DNA of 64,000 nucleotides from Sandaracinaceae bacterium LLY-WYZ-13_1 (GCA_031800425.1 DAPKRR010000398.1:3220-67219); one strand, 5' to 3'; shown: positions 1 to 13,996, numbered from the stretch's first letter. A program made the numbers and translations. The notes: generated from the sequence alone by a model not told the origin.

Positions 1-2662
<2,662 letters not shown>

Positions 2663-2678
2663 ATCACGGGGTCGCGCC

Positions 2679-3380
2679 GTGCCGATGAGCCACGACGCGC
2701 TCGCGGCGCTGCTCGGCCCTCGGGTCCGCTTCGCGGTGCGGCGCCCCGGCGACGTGCCGGTCTCCGTCCTGCGTCCCGAGGAAGCGGCGGCGGTGTCCCG
2801 AGCCGTCGAGGGCCGTCGGCTCGAGATGGCGGCGGGCCGGGACGCGGCGCGGGAGGCGCTCGGGGCGCTCGGGGTACGCCCCGGCCCGATCCCGAAAGGC
2901 GAGCGCGGCGCGCCGGTCTGGCCGGCCGGCGTGGTGGGCTCCATCACCCACACCCGATCGTTCTGCCTCGCCGCCGTGGCGAAGGCCGAGGCGGTCGAGG
3001 GACTCGGGGTGGACGCCGAGCCCGACGAGCCCCTCGAGCCCGAGCTCTGGCCCGCGATCACGACGCCCGCGGAGCGCGCGGCCCTGGCCGCCTCGGAGCC
3101 GCGCGCGGCGGGCGCGCGGGCGCGCCGCCTCTTCTGCGCCAAGGAGGCCGCGTACAAGGCCCAGTACCCACTCACCGGGGTCCTTCTCGAGTTCGATGAC
3201 TTGGCGATCCGCTTCTCGGAGCCATCTTCGTCTGCACGACGATGTTCCTTCGAAGCTCGATACCGACGCGACACCGGGCCGTTCCCGGCCGGTCGAACGC
3301 TCCGCGGACGAATCCTCGCGGACGGCGGACAGCTGGTGGCGGCGGTCCTCGGCCCGTTCAGCGCGAACGGAATGCCGTGA
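2679..3380 (+). CDS. 4'-phosphopantetheinyl transferase (Sfp/EntD type)
   Basis: Motifs GSITHT, GVDAEP and FCAKEAAYKA are present. It lies 17 nt after the NRPS stop. Start is GTG 2679; ATG 2685 is an alternative. Confidence 0.85.
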   Translation: MPMSHDALAALLGPRVRFAVRRPGDVPVSVLRPEEAAAVSRAVEGRRLEMAAGRDAAREALGALGVRPGPIPKGERGAPVWPAGVVGSITHTRSFCLAAVAKAEAVEGLGVDAEPDEPLEPELWPAITTPAERAALAASEPRAAGARARRLFCAKEAAYKAQYPLTGVLLEFDDLAIRFSEPSSSARRCSFEARYRRDTGPFPAGRTLRGRILADGGQLVAAVLGPFSANGMP

Positions 3381-3462
3381 GGGCGCATCTCGTTGCTGGA
3401 CGTTCGAGCGCTGCTATTACCGGAGCACCGGTGGTGTCGGCGCTCCGCGCGGGAGGTCTCCC

Positions 3463-5550
3463 GTGAGCGACGCCGCCCTGCCCCGGAGCCGAGAGTTGAG
3501 CCGTTACGACGCCGACGAGCCGCTGGATGACGAGGAGTCCAAGTCCTCGCGTCCCGGCATGCCCGTCGACCCGACCCGTCTTTTGCGGGCGGTGCTGCGC
3601 GGCAAGTGGTGGCTCTTGATCGCGGCCGTGATCGGCTCGGTGGCCGGCGTGCTGATCGGCAAGTTCGTCGTGCAGCACACCTACGAGGCCACCACGTCCA
3701 TGCGCTACGAGGGGCTGCCCGGCCAGGATCCGCGCGAGGTCCAGCGCGAGCTGCCGGCGATGGTGTCCATCACCCACTCGGAGCCCATCATGATCGCCCT
3801 GCGCGAAGAGCGGGGGATGGGCGAGGCGAGCCTGGACCTGATGCGCCGGATGGTGCAGGTCCAGTCGGACGCCTCGAGCGGGCTGGTCTCGTTCACCACC
3901 ACCGGCCACAGCCCCGAAGGGGCGGCCGAGATGGCCAACTCGCTCCGCACGATCTTCCTGGACCACCACCGGGAGTCGCGGAGCACGGAGCTGCGCGACG
4001 AGATGGCCAGCCTCGACGAGCGGATCGACGCCGCGGAGGACGAGCTGCAGCGCGCGCGGAGCACCTACGACGACTTCCGCGAGACCCACGGCATCACCGA
4101 CCTGTCGGCGGAGCAGGAGCAGGCGATCAACCAGGCGGCCGAGCTGCGCTCGGACGCGGACCTGGCCCAGGCCGAGATCGAGGCGCTCGAGGCGCGGGTC
4201 CAGCAGCTCGAGCGGCAGCTCGAGGAGACGCCGCAGACGGAGACCGTCTCGAGCGGCTCGAGCCGATCGCAGCGCCGCCTGGCCGAGCTGCAACAGCGCC
4301 TGCGCGAGGCGCGCGGGCAGGGCCTGAGCGACAACCACCCGCAGGTGCAGTCGCTTCAGCGGCAGGTCGAGGCCCTCGAGCGGTCCGGCGCGGGCAGCGG
4401 CGGCTCCTCGCGCACCGAGACGAACTCCCTCTACACCCAGATCGAGAGCAACCTCGCCGAGGCGCGGACCGAGCTCGAGGCGGCGCGCCGGCGCCACGAG
4501 AGCCTCCAGACGCTCGCCACCCAGGCGCAGGAGCGCACCAACCGCTTCAGCACGATCGAGGGCCAGGCGGCGGGCCTGCTCGCGCAGGTCAACACGAAGG
4601 AAGCGCTGCTCAACGAGCTCAACGAGCGCAAGGCCCGGATCGAGGACTCGCTGCGCGACGTCCAGACCGGGTTCCGCACGGTGGCCGAGGCGCGTCCGCC
4701 CGAGTCGGCGGTGCCCTCGAAGAAGAAGTGGGTGGTCGCGGCCGGCATTCCGATGGCGTTCGTGTCGATCATGCTGGCGATGCTCTTCTTCCGGGAGCTG
4801 CGCGGCCTCCGCATCCAGACCCCGCGCGAGGTGGCGTGGTGGGGCAACGGTCCGGTGATCGGGACCACGACGTGGCCCCGGGACCCGCGGGCGCTGATCG
4901 ATCTGATCGCCGACATGGACGACTTCGCGCCGGACGCGCGCGGCACGATGCTGGTGGTGGGCGCGACGGACGACGAGCACGAGCTGGCCGCCGAGGTGGC
5001 CAGCCAGCTCAACCACGACTGGAGCTCCACGACGCTGATCGACGTGCCGGTGGTGGGCGCCCTGCCGCCGGGCGAGGACGCGGATCCGCCGCCGCGGAGC
5101 GATCCCGCGCCGAGCTACGACCAGGGCGGCTACGACTACGACGGCGACGTGATCAGCGGCGAGATCCACGACGGCCCCACCGAGATCGTCCTGCACGACG
5201 ATCCGCACGGGGACGCGCTCGCCGGGATGGACGCGCCGACCGAGGTGGACGGCGTCTCACCGGTGGCCCCGCCGCAGCCGGTGGACGACCCGGACGAGCG
5301 GCTGGTCTGCACCGCGTGGACGGGCCCCGAGGGGCAGTCGCTGCGGCGCGCCGCCCGTCTGGCCGACCGCGTGCTGGTGCTGGTGCGGAGCAACGGGCTC
5401 AAGGCGACCGAGCTCGCGCAGCAGAAGACCCGCTTGGGGCGGGAGCGCGCGGTGGGCTACTGCCTGATCGGCGTGACCGACGAGGTGGCGCGCCTCCCCG
5501 ATCGCAGCGGACCGGTCGAGGAGTTCTGGGACGTGCCGACGGCCCGCTGA
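3463..5550 (+). CDS. Polysaccharide co-polymerase / chain-length determinant (Wzz/GumC-like) with a degenerate C-terminal kinase-like region
   Basis: GTG 3463 is preceded by GGGAGG at 3451-3456. The N-terminal TM segment (WWLLIAAVIGSVAGVLIG) is followed by a long coiled-coil (AELRSDADLAQAEIEALEARVQQLERQLEE) and a second TM (VVAAGIPMAFVSIMLAMLFF). The C-terminal region has no GxxGxGK[ST] Walker A. Confidence 0.75.
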   Translation: MSDAALPRSRELSRYDADEPLDDEESKSSRPGMPVDPTRLLRAVLRGKWWLLIAAVIGSVAGVLIGKFVVQHTYEATTSMRYEGLPGQDPREVQRELPAMVSITHSEPIMIALREERGMGEASLDLMRRMVQVQSDASSGLVSFTTTGHSPEGAAEMANSLRTIFLDHHRESRSTELRDEMASLDERIDAAEDELQRARSTYDDFRETHGITDLSAEQEQAINQAAELRSDADLAQAEIEALEARVQQLERQLEETPQTETVSSGSSRSQRRLAELQQRLREARGQGLSDNHPQVQSLQRQVEALERSGAGSGGSSRTETNSLYTQIESNLAEARTELEAARRRHESLQTLATQAQERTNRFSTIEGQAAGLLAQVNTKEALLNELNERKARIEDSLRDVQTGFRTVAEARPPESAVPSKKKWVVAAGIPMAFVSIMLAMLFFRELRGLRIQTPREVAWWGNGPVIGTTTWPRDPRALIDLIADMDDFAPDARGTMLVVGATDDEHELAAEVASQLNHDWSSTTLIDVPVVGALPPGEDADPPPRSDPAPSYDQGGYDYDGDVISGEIHDGPTEIVLHDDPHGDALAGMDAPTEVDGVSPVAPPQPVDDPDERLVCTAWTGPEGQSLRRAARLADRVLVLVRSNGLKATELAQQKTRLGRERAVGYCLIGVTDEVARLPDRSGPVEEFWDVPTAR

Positions 5551-5579
5551 CCGGCGTCGGGTGGTATACGACTGCGCCG

Positions 5580-6041
5580 ATGCCGCCTCGTCGCAAGAAG
5601 ATCGTCGCCATCAGCTCGGGTGGAGGGCACTGGATCGAGCTGCTCCGCCTGCGCCCGGCCTTCCGTGGGCACTTCGTGGTCTGGGTGACCGTCTCGGAGG
5701 CCTACCGGACGCACGTCGGCGACGCGCCGCTGCGGGTGGTGCGCGACGTGACGCGCTGGGACCGCCTGGGCCTGGTGCAGTGCGCGGCGCAGGTCTCTCG
5801 GATCCTGCTGAGCGAGCGACCGGACGTGGTGGTGAGCACCGGCGCGCTGCCCGGCTTCTTCGGGGTGGTCCTCGGCAAGCAGCTGGGGTCGCGAACGGTC
5901 TGGGTGGACAGCCTGGCCAACGTCGAGGAGCTGTCGATGAGCGGCCAGAAGGTCGGGCGCTTCGCGGACCTGTGGCTCACCCAGTGGCCCGAGCTGGCGC
6001 GCCCGGACGGCCCGCGGTACGCGGGGAGCGTGCTCGAGTGA
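5580..6041 (+). CDS. Alg14-like membrane subunit of a split glycosyltransferase (PssD/Cps14F-like)
   Basis: Sequence KIVAISSGGGHWIELLRL...VVSTGALPGFF... is Alg14-like. Its stop overlaps the next gene's start (GTGA). Confidence 0.8.
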   Translation: MPPRRKKIVAISSGGGHWIELLRLRPAFRGHFVVWVTVSEAYRTHVGDAPLRVVRDVTRWDRLGLVQCAAQVSRILLSERPDVVVSTGALPGFFGVVLGKQLGSRTVWVDSLANVEELSMSGQKVGRFADLWLTQWPELARPDGPRYAGSVLE

Positions 6042-6520
6042 GGATCTTCGTGACGGTGGGCGCGCAGATGCCCTTCGACCGGCTCGTCGCGGCGGTGGAT
6101 CGCTGGGCGGGCGAGCACCCGGCGCACCACGTCGTGGCGCAGATCGGCAAGAGCGAGCTCGAGCCGACGCACCTGGACTGGCGGCAGTTCCTGCAGCCAC
6201 CGGACTTCGACCGAGCCTTCGACGAAGCGGACGCGATCGTCGGCCACGCGGGCACCGGCACGCTCTTCGCGGCGATGGAGCGGGGCACGCCGATCCTGGT
6301 GATGCCGCGGCGCGCCGCGCTCCACGAGACCCGCAACGATCACCAGGTGGCCACCGCGAAGCGCTTCGAGCGCTTCGACGGCATCTCGGTCGCCTGGGAC
6401 GAGATCGAGCTGCCCGCGCGCCTCGACGAGCTGCCGTCGCTCCAGGGCGCCGCCGTCCTCGCCCACGACGCCGAGGGGCCGCTGATCGAGACGGTGGCGG
6501 CCTTCATCGACCGCGACTGA
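6038..6520 (+). CDS. Alg13-like catalytic subunit (glycosyltransferase family 28 C-terminal domain; PssE/Cps14G-like)
   Basis: Sequence IFVTVGAQMPFDRL...IVGHAGTGTLFAAMERGTPILVMPR...DHQ is Alg13-like. GTG 6038 overlaps the upstream TGA. Confidence 0.8.
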   Translation: MRIFVTVGAQMPFDRLVAAVDRWAGEHPAHHVVAQIGKSELEPTHLDWRQFLQPPDFDRAFDEADAIVGHAGTGTLFAAMERGTPILVMPRRAALHETRNDHQVATAKRFERFDGISVAWDEIELPARLDELPSLQGAAVLAHDAEGPLIETVAAFIDRD

Positions 6521-6745
6521 CCGTCCCCGCGACGGAAACGCCCCAGACACGCCCCCGGCGGCGGATCCGCACGTGAAGACGGACGGCCCCGGCGCAGTCC
6601 GTCCCGACCTCGCCCTGCTCACGGCCCCGAACCGGCGTCGCCCGCGGCCACCCCTCCGCATGACGACGAACGCGAGGTCCCCACGCGACGACCGCTGGGG
6701 AGCTCGGCGCGACGCGCATGCGGAGTCTGCTAGGCTCCGCCGACC

Positions 6746-7684
6746 ATGAAGATCCTCGTCACCGGAGGCGCCGGGTTCATCGGCAGCCACATCGCCGACG
6801 CGCTGCTCGACGAAGGGCACACCGTCGTCGTGATGGACGACCTGAGCTCGGGGCGCGCCGAGAACGTGCCCGACGAGGCGCTGTTCCTCGAGGCCGACAT
6901 CCGGGACGCGGAGGTGGTGGCCCGCGCGTTCGACGAGCACGGCTTCGACGTGGTCTGCCACCAGGCGGCGCAGACCAGCGTGTCGGTCTCCACCCGCGAG
7001 CCGATCCGCGACGCGGAGATCAACATCCTCGGCTCGTTGAACCTCCTCGAGCAATGCCGCGCGAAGGGCATCGCCCGCTTCGTGTTCGCCTCGACCGGCG
7101 GCGCCATCTACGGCGAGATCCCCGAGGGCCAGCGCGCCGGCGAGAGCTGGCCACCGCAGCCGATCAGCCCCTACGCGTGCAGCAAGCTCGCGTTCGAGCG
7201 CTACCTGCGCGCGTACCACCACGAGCACGAGATCCCCTTCACGATCCTGCGCTACGCCAACGTCTACGGACCCCGGCAGGACCCGCACGGCGAAGCCGGC
7301 GTGGTCGCGATCTTCAGCCGTCGGCTGGTGGCCGGCGAGCCGGTGCAGGTCAACGCGCGCCGCGAGGTCGGCGACCCCGGCTGCATCCGCGACTACGTCT
7401 ACGTGAAGGACGTGGTGCGGGCGAACGCGCTCGCGATCCATGGCGAGCTCACCGATCCGGTGCTCAACGTGGGAACGGGGGTCGGCGCCTCGACGCTGGA
7501 CCTCGTGGAGGGCCTCGAGGCCGCCCTCGACGTCAAGGCCGACAAGACCTTCGGCAGCCGGCGCGCCGGCGACCTCGAGCGCTCGGTGCTCGAGCCCAAC
7601 GACCAGCTCCTGGCCCTGCAGCCCCCGACCCCGCTCGCGCAGGGCATGACCGAGACCGCGCGCTGGTTCGCGGAGCGGGGCTGA
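6746..7684 (+). CDS. NAD-dependent epimerase/dehydratase (UDP-glucose 4-epimerase-like)
   Basis: It has the Rossmann motif VTGGAGFIGSH and the catalytic YACSK (YxxxK). Confidence 0.9.
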   Translation: MKILVTGGAGFIGSHIADALLDEGHTVVVMDDLSSGRAENVPDEALFLEADIRDAEVVARAFDEHGFDVVCHQAAQTSVSVSTREPIRDAEINILGSLNLLEQCRAKGIARFVFASTGGAIYGEIPEGQRAGESWPPQPISPYACSKLAFERYLRAYHHEHEIPFTILRYANVYGPRQDPHGEAGVVAIFSRRLVAGEPVQVNARREVGDPGCIRDYVYVKDVVRANALAIHGELTDPVLNVGTGVGASTLDLVEGLEAALDVKADKTFGSRRAGDLERSVLEPNDQLLALQPPTPLAQGMTETARWFAERG

Positions 7685-7691
7685 TCGAGCG

Positions 7692-9617
7692 ATGTGCGGG
7701 ATCGCGGGCGCGGTCGGCGGCGTGGATCCCGAGCGGGTCGCCGCCGTCGAGCGGATGACCGAGGCGTCGACCCACCGGGGGCCCGATCAGTCGGGGCTCT
7801 GGACCTCGCTCGAGCGCGGGGCGCGCGGCCGCGGCGTCGTCTTCGGCCACCGCCGCCTGTCGATCCTCGACGTCAGCGAGGCGGGTCGCCAGCCGATGGT
7901 CGACGAGGCGAGCGGCGTCGTCCTGACCTTCAACGGCGAGGTCTACAACTTCGCCGAGCTGCGCCGGGAGCTGCGCGCCCTCGGCGACGAGATCCGCTCC
8001 GGCACCGACACCGAGGTGGTGCTGAAAGCCTACGCCCGCTGGGGCGACAAGGTGGTGGCGCGGCTGCGCGGGATGTTCGCCTTCGCCGCCTGGGACCCGC
8101 GCGACGAGACGGTGCTGCTGGCGCGCGACGCGATGGGGATCAAGCCGCTCTACCTGACCACCGCGGGCGACTCCCTGCTCTTCGCCTCGGAGCTGCGGGC
8201 CCTGCTCGCCTCCGACGCGGTGGACCGGCGCCTCGACCCGCGGGGCCTCATGCGCTTCCTGTGGCACGGGTTCGTGCCGGGGCCCGGCACCCTCATCGAG
8301 GGCGTCTCGCTGCTCGCCGCCGGGACCACCCTCCGCGTCGGGCTGGACGGGCGGCGCCGCGAGCCGCGCCGCTACTGGCAGCTCCCCCGCGCGGCGCCGG
8401 GCGACGAGGGGACGAGCGTGCGGCGGCTCGGCGAGACCCTCGAGGACGCGGTGCGGCTGCGGATGGTGGCCGACGTGCCGCTCGGGGTCTTCCTGAGCGG
8501 CGGGGTGGACTCGAGCGCGGTGGCGGCCCTCGCGACGCGCACCACCGACGCCCCGGTCCGCACCTTCAACATCCGCTTCGAGGAGGCGCGCTTCGACGAG
8601 TCCCCCCACGCGCGGGCGGTGGCCGAGCGCCTCGGCACCGAGCACCACGAGGTGCCCCTGAGCGAGGCGGAGTTCGTGGCGCATCTCGACGACGCCCTCG
8701 CCTCGATCGACCAGCCCACGTTCGACGCGATCAACACCTACTTCGTCAGCCGCGCGGTCAAAGAGGCGGGGCTGACCGTCGCCCTCGCCGGCACCGGGGG
8801 CGACGAGCTCTTCGGGGGCTACCCGAGCTTCTCCGAGCTGCCGCGCGCCCGCCGCGTCGCGCAGGGCGCCCGTTCGGTGCCCGAGCCGGTGCTCCGCCGC
8901 CTGGCGCGCATCGCGACCCGGCTGAAGACCGGCCGGGCGAGCGAGGTCCCGCCTCAGACGCGGTGGGGCAAGCTCGCGGACGTCCTGGCGACGCGTGGCG
9001 ACCTGCTCGCGCTCTACCAGGTGAGCTACGGGCTCTTCGCGCGTGACCTCTACGACGACCTCGCCCTGCGCCCCGCCCAGGGCGTGGCCTGGGGCCTGGA
9101 CGACGCCGAGGCCGAGGCGTGGCGGGCGGCGATCGCGGGCGAGCCCACCCTCGCCGCGATCAGCCAGCTCGAGCTTCGCTCCTTCGTGGGCGAGCGCCTG
9201 CTGCGCGACACCGACGCCGCCTCGATGGCGGTGAGCCTCGAGGTGCGGGTGCCGCTCCTCGACCACGCGGTGATCGACGCCCTCGCCCGCGTTCCCGAGG
9301 CGCGCCGCTACGCGCCGCTGGGCCGCAAGGCGCTGCTGCGACAGATGGTGGCGCGGGAGCTGGACCCGTCCCTCTTCGATCGCCCCAAGGCGGGCTTCGA
9401 GCTGCCGCTGAGCGTGTGGTGCCGCGAGGGGCTGGGCCCCGAGCTCGCCGACACCCTGCAGGACGTGGTCCTCGCCTACCGGATCGGGCTGGACGGCGAG
9501 GCGGTGGGCCGGCTTTGGCGCGCGTTCGCCAAGGGCGGCCCCGGCATCTACTGGTCGCGGGTGTGGGCGCTCTTCGTGCTGATGCGCTGGTGCCGCGAGC
9601 ACGGCGTCCAGGCCTGA
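7692..9617 (+). CDS. asnB: Asparagine synthase (glutamine-hydrolysing) family amidotransferase
   Basis: It has the N-terminal MCGIAG nucleophile and the PP-loop SGGVDSS. Length is 641 aa. Confidence 0.9.
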   Translation: MCGIAGAVGGVDPERVAAVERMTEASTHRGPDQSGLWTSLERGARGRGVVFGHRRLSILDVSEAGRQPMVDEASGVVLTFNGEVYNFAELRRELRALGDEIRSGTDTEVVLKAYARWGDKVVARLRGMFAFAAWDPRDETVLLARDAMGIKPLYLTTAGDSLLFASELRALLASDAVDRRLDPRGLMRFLWHGFVPGPGTLIEGVSLLAAGTTLRVGLDGRRREPRRYWQLPRAAPGDEGTSVRRLGETLEDAVRLRMVADVPLGVFLSGGVDSSAVAALATRTTDAPVRTFNIRFEEARFDESPHARAVAERLGTEHHEVPLSEAEFVAHLDDALASIDQPTFDAINTYFVSRAVKEAGLTVALAGTGGDELFGGYPSFSELPRARRVAQGARSVPEPVLRRLARIATRLKTGRASEVPPQTRWGKLADVLATRGDLLALYQVSYGLFARDLYDDLALRPAQGVAWGLDDAEAEAWRAAIAGEPTLAAISQLELRSFVGERLLRDTDAASMAVSLEVRVPLLDHAVIDALARVPEARRYAPLGRKALLRQMVARELDPSLFDRPKAGFELPLSVWCREGLGPELADTLQDVVLAYRIGLDGEAVGRLWRAFAKGGPGIYWSRVWALFVLMRWCREHGVQA

Positions 9618-9696
9618 CGGAATCCGATGGACGTGCCCCGTGTCGGGGCTATGAGGTGGGAGACCGAGACCTCCCCAGCGTAATCCGAGACAAGCG

Positions 9697-10704
9697 ATGG
9701 CCGAGACCTTCCGACCCGTCGAGCGCCCGCCGGGGCGCGCGTACTGCCTGATCACCCCCTGCCGGGACGAGGCGGCGTACATCCGCACCACCCTGGAGAC
9801 CACGACCGGCCAGACGGTGCCGCCGGCGCTCTGGGTGATCGTGGACGACGGCTCCACCGACGAGACGCCGGAGATCCTCGCCGAGTTCGAGGCGGCGCAC
9901 CCCTACATCCGCGTGGTCACCCGCCAGGACCGGGGCGGCCGCGCGGTGGGGCCCGGCGTGATCGAGGCCTTCTACGAGGGCCTGAGCCACGTCGACCTCG
10001 ACGACTTCGACTACGTCTGCAAGTTCGACGGCGACCTCGAGATGCCCGAGCGCTACTTCGAGCGCGTCATGGAGCGCATGGAGGACGACCGCTACCTCGG
10101 CAACCTCAGCGGCAAGCTCTTCGAGCGCCGTCCGAGCGGCGAGCTCTGGGAGGAGCGCACCGGCGACGAGAACGCGGTGGGCCCCGCGAAGTTCTACCGG
10201 ACGGAGTGCTTCCGCGAGATCGGCGGCTTCGTGCGCGAGGTGGCGTGGGACGGCATCGACGGGCACGTCTGCCGCATGAACGGCTGGATCGCCCAGTCGG
10301 TGGACGACCCCGAGATGCGCATCGTCCACCTGCGCCCGATGGGCTCGAGCCAGCAGAACATCAAAGTGGGCCGCGTCCGCTGGGGTCGCGGCAAGTACTT
10401 CATGGGCAGCGCCTGGTATTACGTGCTCGCGGCGGCCGCCTACCGCTCGATGGAGCCGCCCTGGCTCTGGGGCGGGCTCGGGATCACCTGGGGCTACCTC
10501 AAGGCGGCCCTCGGCGATCACCCCCGCTACGACAACCCGGAGTACCAGCGCTACCTCCGCCGCTTCGAGCGCCGCCAGCTCGTGCTGGGCAAGGGCCGCG
10601 CGACCCGCCTCGAGAACGAGCGCATCCGCCGCGCGGGGCCGCCCAAGGCGCCCGCCCGTCCGTCGCGGGCCTCGACCTCGGCGTCCGCGGCGTCCTCCGC
10701 GTGA
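9697..10704 (+). CDS. Glycosyltransferase family 2
   Basis: Motifs [19 protein letters not shown] and DGD (DxD) are present. Confidence 0.85.
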   Translation: MAETFRPVERPPGRAYCLITPCRDEAAYIRTTLETTTGQTVPPALWVIVDDGSTDETPEILAEFEAAHPYIRVVTRQDRGGRAVGPGVIEAFYEGLSHVDLDDFDYVCKFDGDLEMPERYFERVMERMEDDRYLGNLSGKLFERRPSGELWEERTGDENAVGPAKFYRTECFREIGGFVREVAWDGIDGHVCRMNGWIAQSVDDPEMRIVHLRPMGSSQQNIKVGRVRWGRGKYFMGSAWYYVLAAAAYRSMEPPWLWGGLGITWGYLKAALGDHPRYDNPEYQRYLRRFERRQLVLGKGRATRLENERIRRAGPPKAPARPSRASTSASAASSA

Positions 10705-10741
10705 GGATCTGCGGTCGTCCCGTCGCCGTGTCGGACGACCC

Positions 10742-13700
10742 TCAGCCCTCGGCCGGCTGCGAGGCGCGCTCCCTCGGACCGAAGACCTCGTCGAGCACGC
10801 GGCGCGTGCCGTGCTTCAGATCCTCGAGGATGCGGTAGAGGCAGGGGACGAGGATCACGATGATCGCGGTGGCGAAGAGGATCCCGAAGCCGAGCGAGAG
10901 CGCCATCGGGATGAGGAAGCGCGCCTGGACGCTGGTCTCGAAGATCATCGGCGCCAGGCCCAGGAAGGTGGTGAGCGAGGTCATCAGGATGGGCCGGAAG
11001 CGGCGCGCGCCCCCGCGGACGATCGCCTCGTCCAGGTCGAGGTCCGGCTCGTCGCGGAGCTCGTTGACGGTGACGACGAGGAGCAGCGAGTCGTTCACCA
11101 CGACCCCGGCCAGCGCGACGAGACCGAAGACGCTGCTCAGCGACAGGTCGTAGCCGAGCAGCAGGTGCCCGAACACCGCGCCCACCGCCCCGAAGGGGAT
11201 CGCGGCCATGACCGCGATCGGCTGCAGGTAGGAGCGGAAGGCGACGGCCAACAGGGCGAACATCGCCACCAGCGCGATCCCGAAGCCCGAGGCGAGGCTG
11301 CTCAGGGCCTCGCGTTGCTGCTCCTGCTCGCCGCTCGGGGCCACGTGGAGCTCCGGGTGCTCGCGCTCCAGCTCGGCGATCGCGCCGCTCCGCAGATCGC
11401 GGATCACGTCGTTGGCGTTCGTCTCGCCGTAGACGTTCGCCGTCACGTGCACGACCCGGCGGCCGTTCACCCGCTCGATGGCGGTGTAGGCCTGCGCGCG
11501 CTCCACCCGGGCCGCGCGGGTGAGCGGCACCTCGCCGCCCTGGGGGGTCCGCAGGATCAGCTCCTCGACATGTTGGCGCGAGCTGCGCTCGTCCTCGGGC
11601 AGGCGCGCGTAGACCCGCACCTCGTTGCGCCCGCGCTGCAGCCGGTAGGCCTCGGCGCCGAAGAACGCGCCCCGGATCTGCTGCGCCATCCCCGCCTCGG
11701 TGAGGCCGAGGGCGCGCCCGGTGGGGGTGAGCGTCAGGTCGAGCTGGTCCTTGCCGGGGGTGTAGCCGTCGTCGATGTCGCGCACGCCGGCGTAGTCGCC
11801 GAGCCCCGCCGCGATCTCCTCGGCGAGCCCGTAGAGCCGTTCCTCGTCCGGGTGGCTCACCTCGAGGTCGATGTCCGCCCCCGCCGAGGCCCCGGTGGTG
11901 TAGCCGAACACCAGCCGCTCGGTGCCCGGGATGCGCCCCAAGGCCTCGCGCCACCGCTCCACGAACTGCTTGCTCGTGATGCTCCGCCGTCCGGCGGGCC
12001 CCAGGTCCACCATCACGGAGGCCACGTGCCCGCCGCCCTGCTGCACGGACTGGAGCAGCCGATCGGCGCCGCGCGCCGGCGCCCCGACCCGGCTGAAGAT
12101 GCCCGCCACGAGCCCCTCGCCGTCGTCGGTGCCGGCCGCCGCCTCGTGCGCGGCCGCCACCATGCGCTGCATGGCCTGGCGGGTGCGCGGCGTCGGCGTG
12201 CCCACCGGCAGCTCGAGGGTCGCCGTGACCTCGTCGTCCTGGATCTTCGGCAGGAAGGTGAAGTCGAGGCGGTCGCCGACCCAGAGCCCGGCCACCCCCA
12301 TCAGCAGGGCGACGGCCACCGCGACCGAGAGGTAGCGCCACTCGACGGCCCGGCGCGCCACCGGCACGTAGGTCTTCTCGATCAGCCAATCGAGCCCGCG
12401 GTCCGCCTTCGACGTGCCCAGCTTGCCCATCAGCCAGAAGAAGGGCCGCAGGATCCACGCGAGCGGGCGCGGCATCGGGTGCGACAGGTGCGACGGGAGC
12501 ACCAGGAGCGATTCGACGAGCGAGCACAGGAGCACCAGGATCACGACGACGGGGATGTTCCGGAAGAACTTCCCCGCCACGCCCGGAACGAAGAGCATGG
12601 GCGAGAACGCGATGCAGGTCGTCGCGATGGCGAAGAGCACCGGCCTCGCCACGTCGCGCGCCCCGCGGATCGCGGCCTCGCGCGCCCCGTAGCCCTGCTC
12701 GCGCCGGTAGTGGATCGCCTCGCCGACCACGATCGCGTCGTCCACCACCAGGCCGAGGGTGATGATGAAGGCGAAGAGCGAGATGATGTTCAGCGAGACA
12801 CCCATCGCGGGCAGGAGCAGCAGGGACCCGAGGAAGGAGATCGGGATCCCCAGCGTCACCCAGAACGCGAGCCGCGGGCTCAGGGCGATGCCGAGCACCG
12901 CGAGCACGAGCAGCAGCCCCAGGTAGCCGTTGCGCAGCAACAGATCGACGCGGTCGCTGAAGATCTCCGACTGGTCGCCCCACGCCGTCACGCGCACCCC
13001 CCGGGGCAGGCGCGCCCGCGTGCGCTCCACGTACTCGTGGACCGCCGCCGAGACCTCCACCGGCGTCTCGTCGCCCACCCGGAACACGTCGACGCGCGCC
13101 GCCGGCTGCCCGTCGAAGAAGGCCGCCTGGTCGGTGTCGCGGAAGCCGTCCTCGATCTCGGCGATCTCGTCGAGCCGCACCTCCGTGCCGTCCGGCTGGG
13201 CCACGATCACGACGTCCCGCAGCTCGTCTCCGAGCTCCTTGCGCGCCGCGGTCCGGATCAGGATCTCCCCGCCCTCGGTCTCCACCTCGCCGCCGGGGAT
13301 CTCGACGCTCGCCGCGTTCACCCGCTGCGCGACCTCCGGCAGGGTCAACCCGTAGCGGCGCAGGCTCGCCCGCGGCACCTCGATCGAGATCTCGAGGGGG
13401 CGGACGGCGGAGAGCTCGACGAAGCTGATCCGCTCGTCGTTCAGCAGGTCCTCGCGGGCGCGCTCGGCGAGCTCGCGCAGCGTCGCCTCGGAGGTGTCGC
13501 CGTGGTAGATGAGCGAGACGACCTGACGCCGGTTCGTGGCGAGGCTCACCACCGGCTCCTCGGAGTCCTCCGGGAACTCGGTGATCCGCCCGACCGCACT
13601 GTCGACGTCGGAGAGGAGCTGCTGCTCGTCCGCGCTCAGCAGGAGCTCCACCGTCACGACCCCGACGCCCTCGGCGGCGACCGCGCGCACCTCGTCGACC

Positions 13701-13996
13701 CCGTCGATCCCGCGGACCGCCTCCTCGATCGGCAGCAGCACGCCTTGCTCCACCTCCTCGGGGCTCGCCCCGGGGTACGGCACCTGCACGGTGACGCGCG
13801 GGAGGGTGACCTCGGGGAACACCTCCTGCTTCAGCCGCCCGATGCTCAGCAGGCCGCCCACGATCAGGAAGAGCATCACGAGGTTCGCCGCCACCGCGTT
13901 GTCGACGAACCAGCCGATGATCCCGCGCTCGGGCACGCCTTCGCCCTCGGCCCCCTCCGCCTCGCGCGCGCCCGCGCTCCGCTCGTCGGCGCTCAT
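10742..13996 (-). CDS. RND efflux transporter permease (AcrB/HAE family)
   Basis: The protein is 1084 aa. The N-terminus ([24 protein letters not shown]) and 12-TM architecture fit RND permeases. ATG 13996 overlaps the MFP stop (ATGA). Confidence 0.9.
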   Translation of the reverse strand: MSADERSAGAREAEGAEGEGVPERGIIGWFVDNAVAANLVMLFLIVGGLLSIGRLKQEVFPEVTLPRVTVQVPYPGASPEEVEQGVLLPIEEAVRGIDGVDEVRAVAAEGVGVVTVELLLSADEQQLLSDVDSAVGRITEFPEDSEEPVVSLATNRRQVVSLIYHGDTSEATLRELAERAREDLLNDERISFVELSAVRPLEISIEVPRASLRRYGLTLPEVAQRVNAASVEIPGGEVETEGGEILIRTAARKELGDELRDVVIVAQPDGTEVRLDEIAEIEDGFRDTDQAAFFDGQPAARVDVFRVGDETPVEVSAAVHEYVERTRARLPRGVRVTAWGDQSEIFSDRVDLLLRNGYLGLLLVLAVLGIALSPRLAFWVTLGIPISFLGSLLLLPAMGVSLNIISLFAFIITLGLVVDDAIVVGEAIHYRREQGYGAREAAIRGARDVARPVLFAIATTCIAFSPMLFVPGVAGKFFRNIPVVVILVLLCSLVESLLVLPSHLSHPMPRPLAWILRPFFWLMGKLGTSKADRGLDWLIEKTYVPVARRAVEWRYLSVAVAVALLMGVAGLWVGDRLDFTFLPKIQDDEVTATLELPVGTPTPRTRQAMQRMVAAAHEAAAGTDDGEGLVAGIFSRVGAPARGADRLLQSVQQGGGHVASVMVDLGPAGRRSITSKQFVERWREALGRIPGTERLVFGYTTGASAGADIDLEVSHPDEERLYGLAEEIAAGLGDYAGVRDIDDGYTPGKDQLDLTLTPTGRALGLTEAGMAQQIRGAFFGAEAYRLQRGRNEVRVYARLPEDERSSRQHVEELILRTPQGGEVPLTRAARVERAQAYTAIERVNGRRVVHVTANVYGETNANDVIRDLRSGAIAELEREHPELHVAPSGEQEQQREALSSLASGFGIALVAMFALLAVAFRSYLQPIAVMAAIPFGAVGAVFGHLLLGYDLSLSSVFGLVALAGVVVNDSLLLVVTVNELRDEPDLDLDEAIVRGGARRFRPILMTSLTTFLGLAPMIFETSVQARFLIPMALSLGFGILFATAIIVILVPCLYRILEDLKHGTRRVLDEVFGPRERASQPAEG

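Noticed and set aside
6521-6745. A 225-nt intergenic region, plus the other gaps over 80 nt (15355-15503, 32400-32538, 33673-33800, 56146-56415, 59119-59405), inspected for tRNA, riboswitch or small RNA genes.
   Set aside because: I recognised no cloverleaf-compatible sequence and no known riboswitch core. I saw only short GC hairpins, which are frequent in this composition. Infernal/tRNAscan would be needed to exclude them formally.
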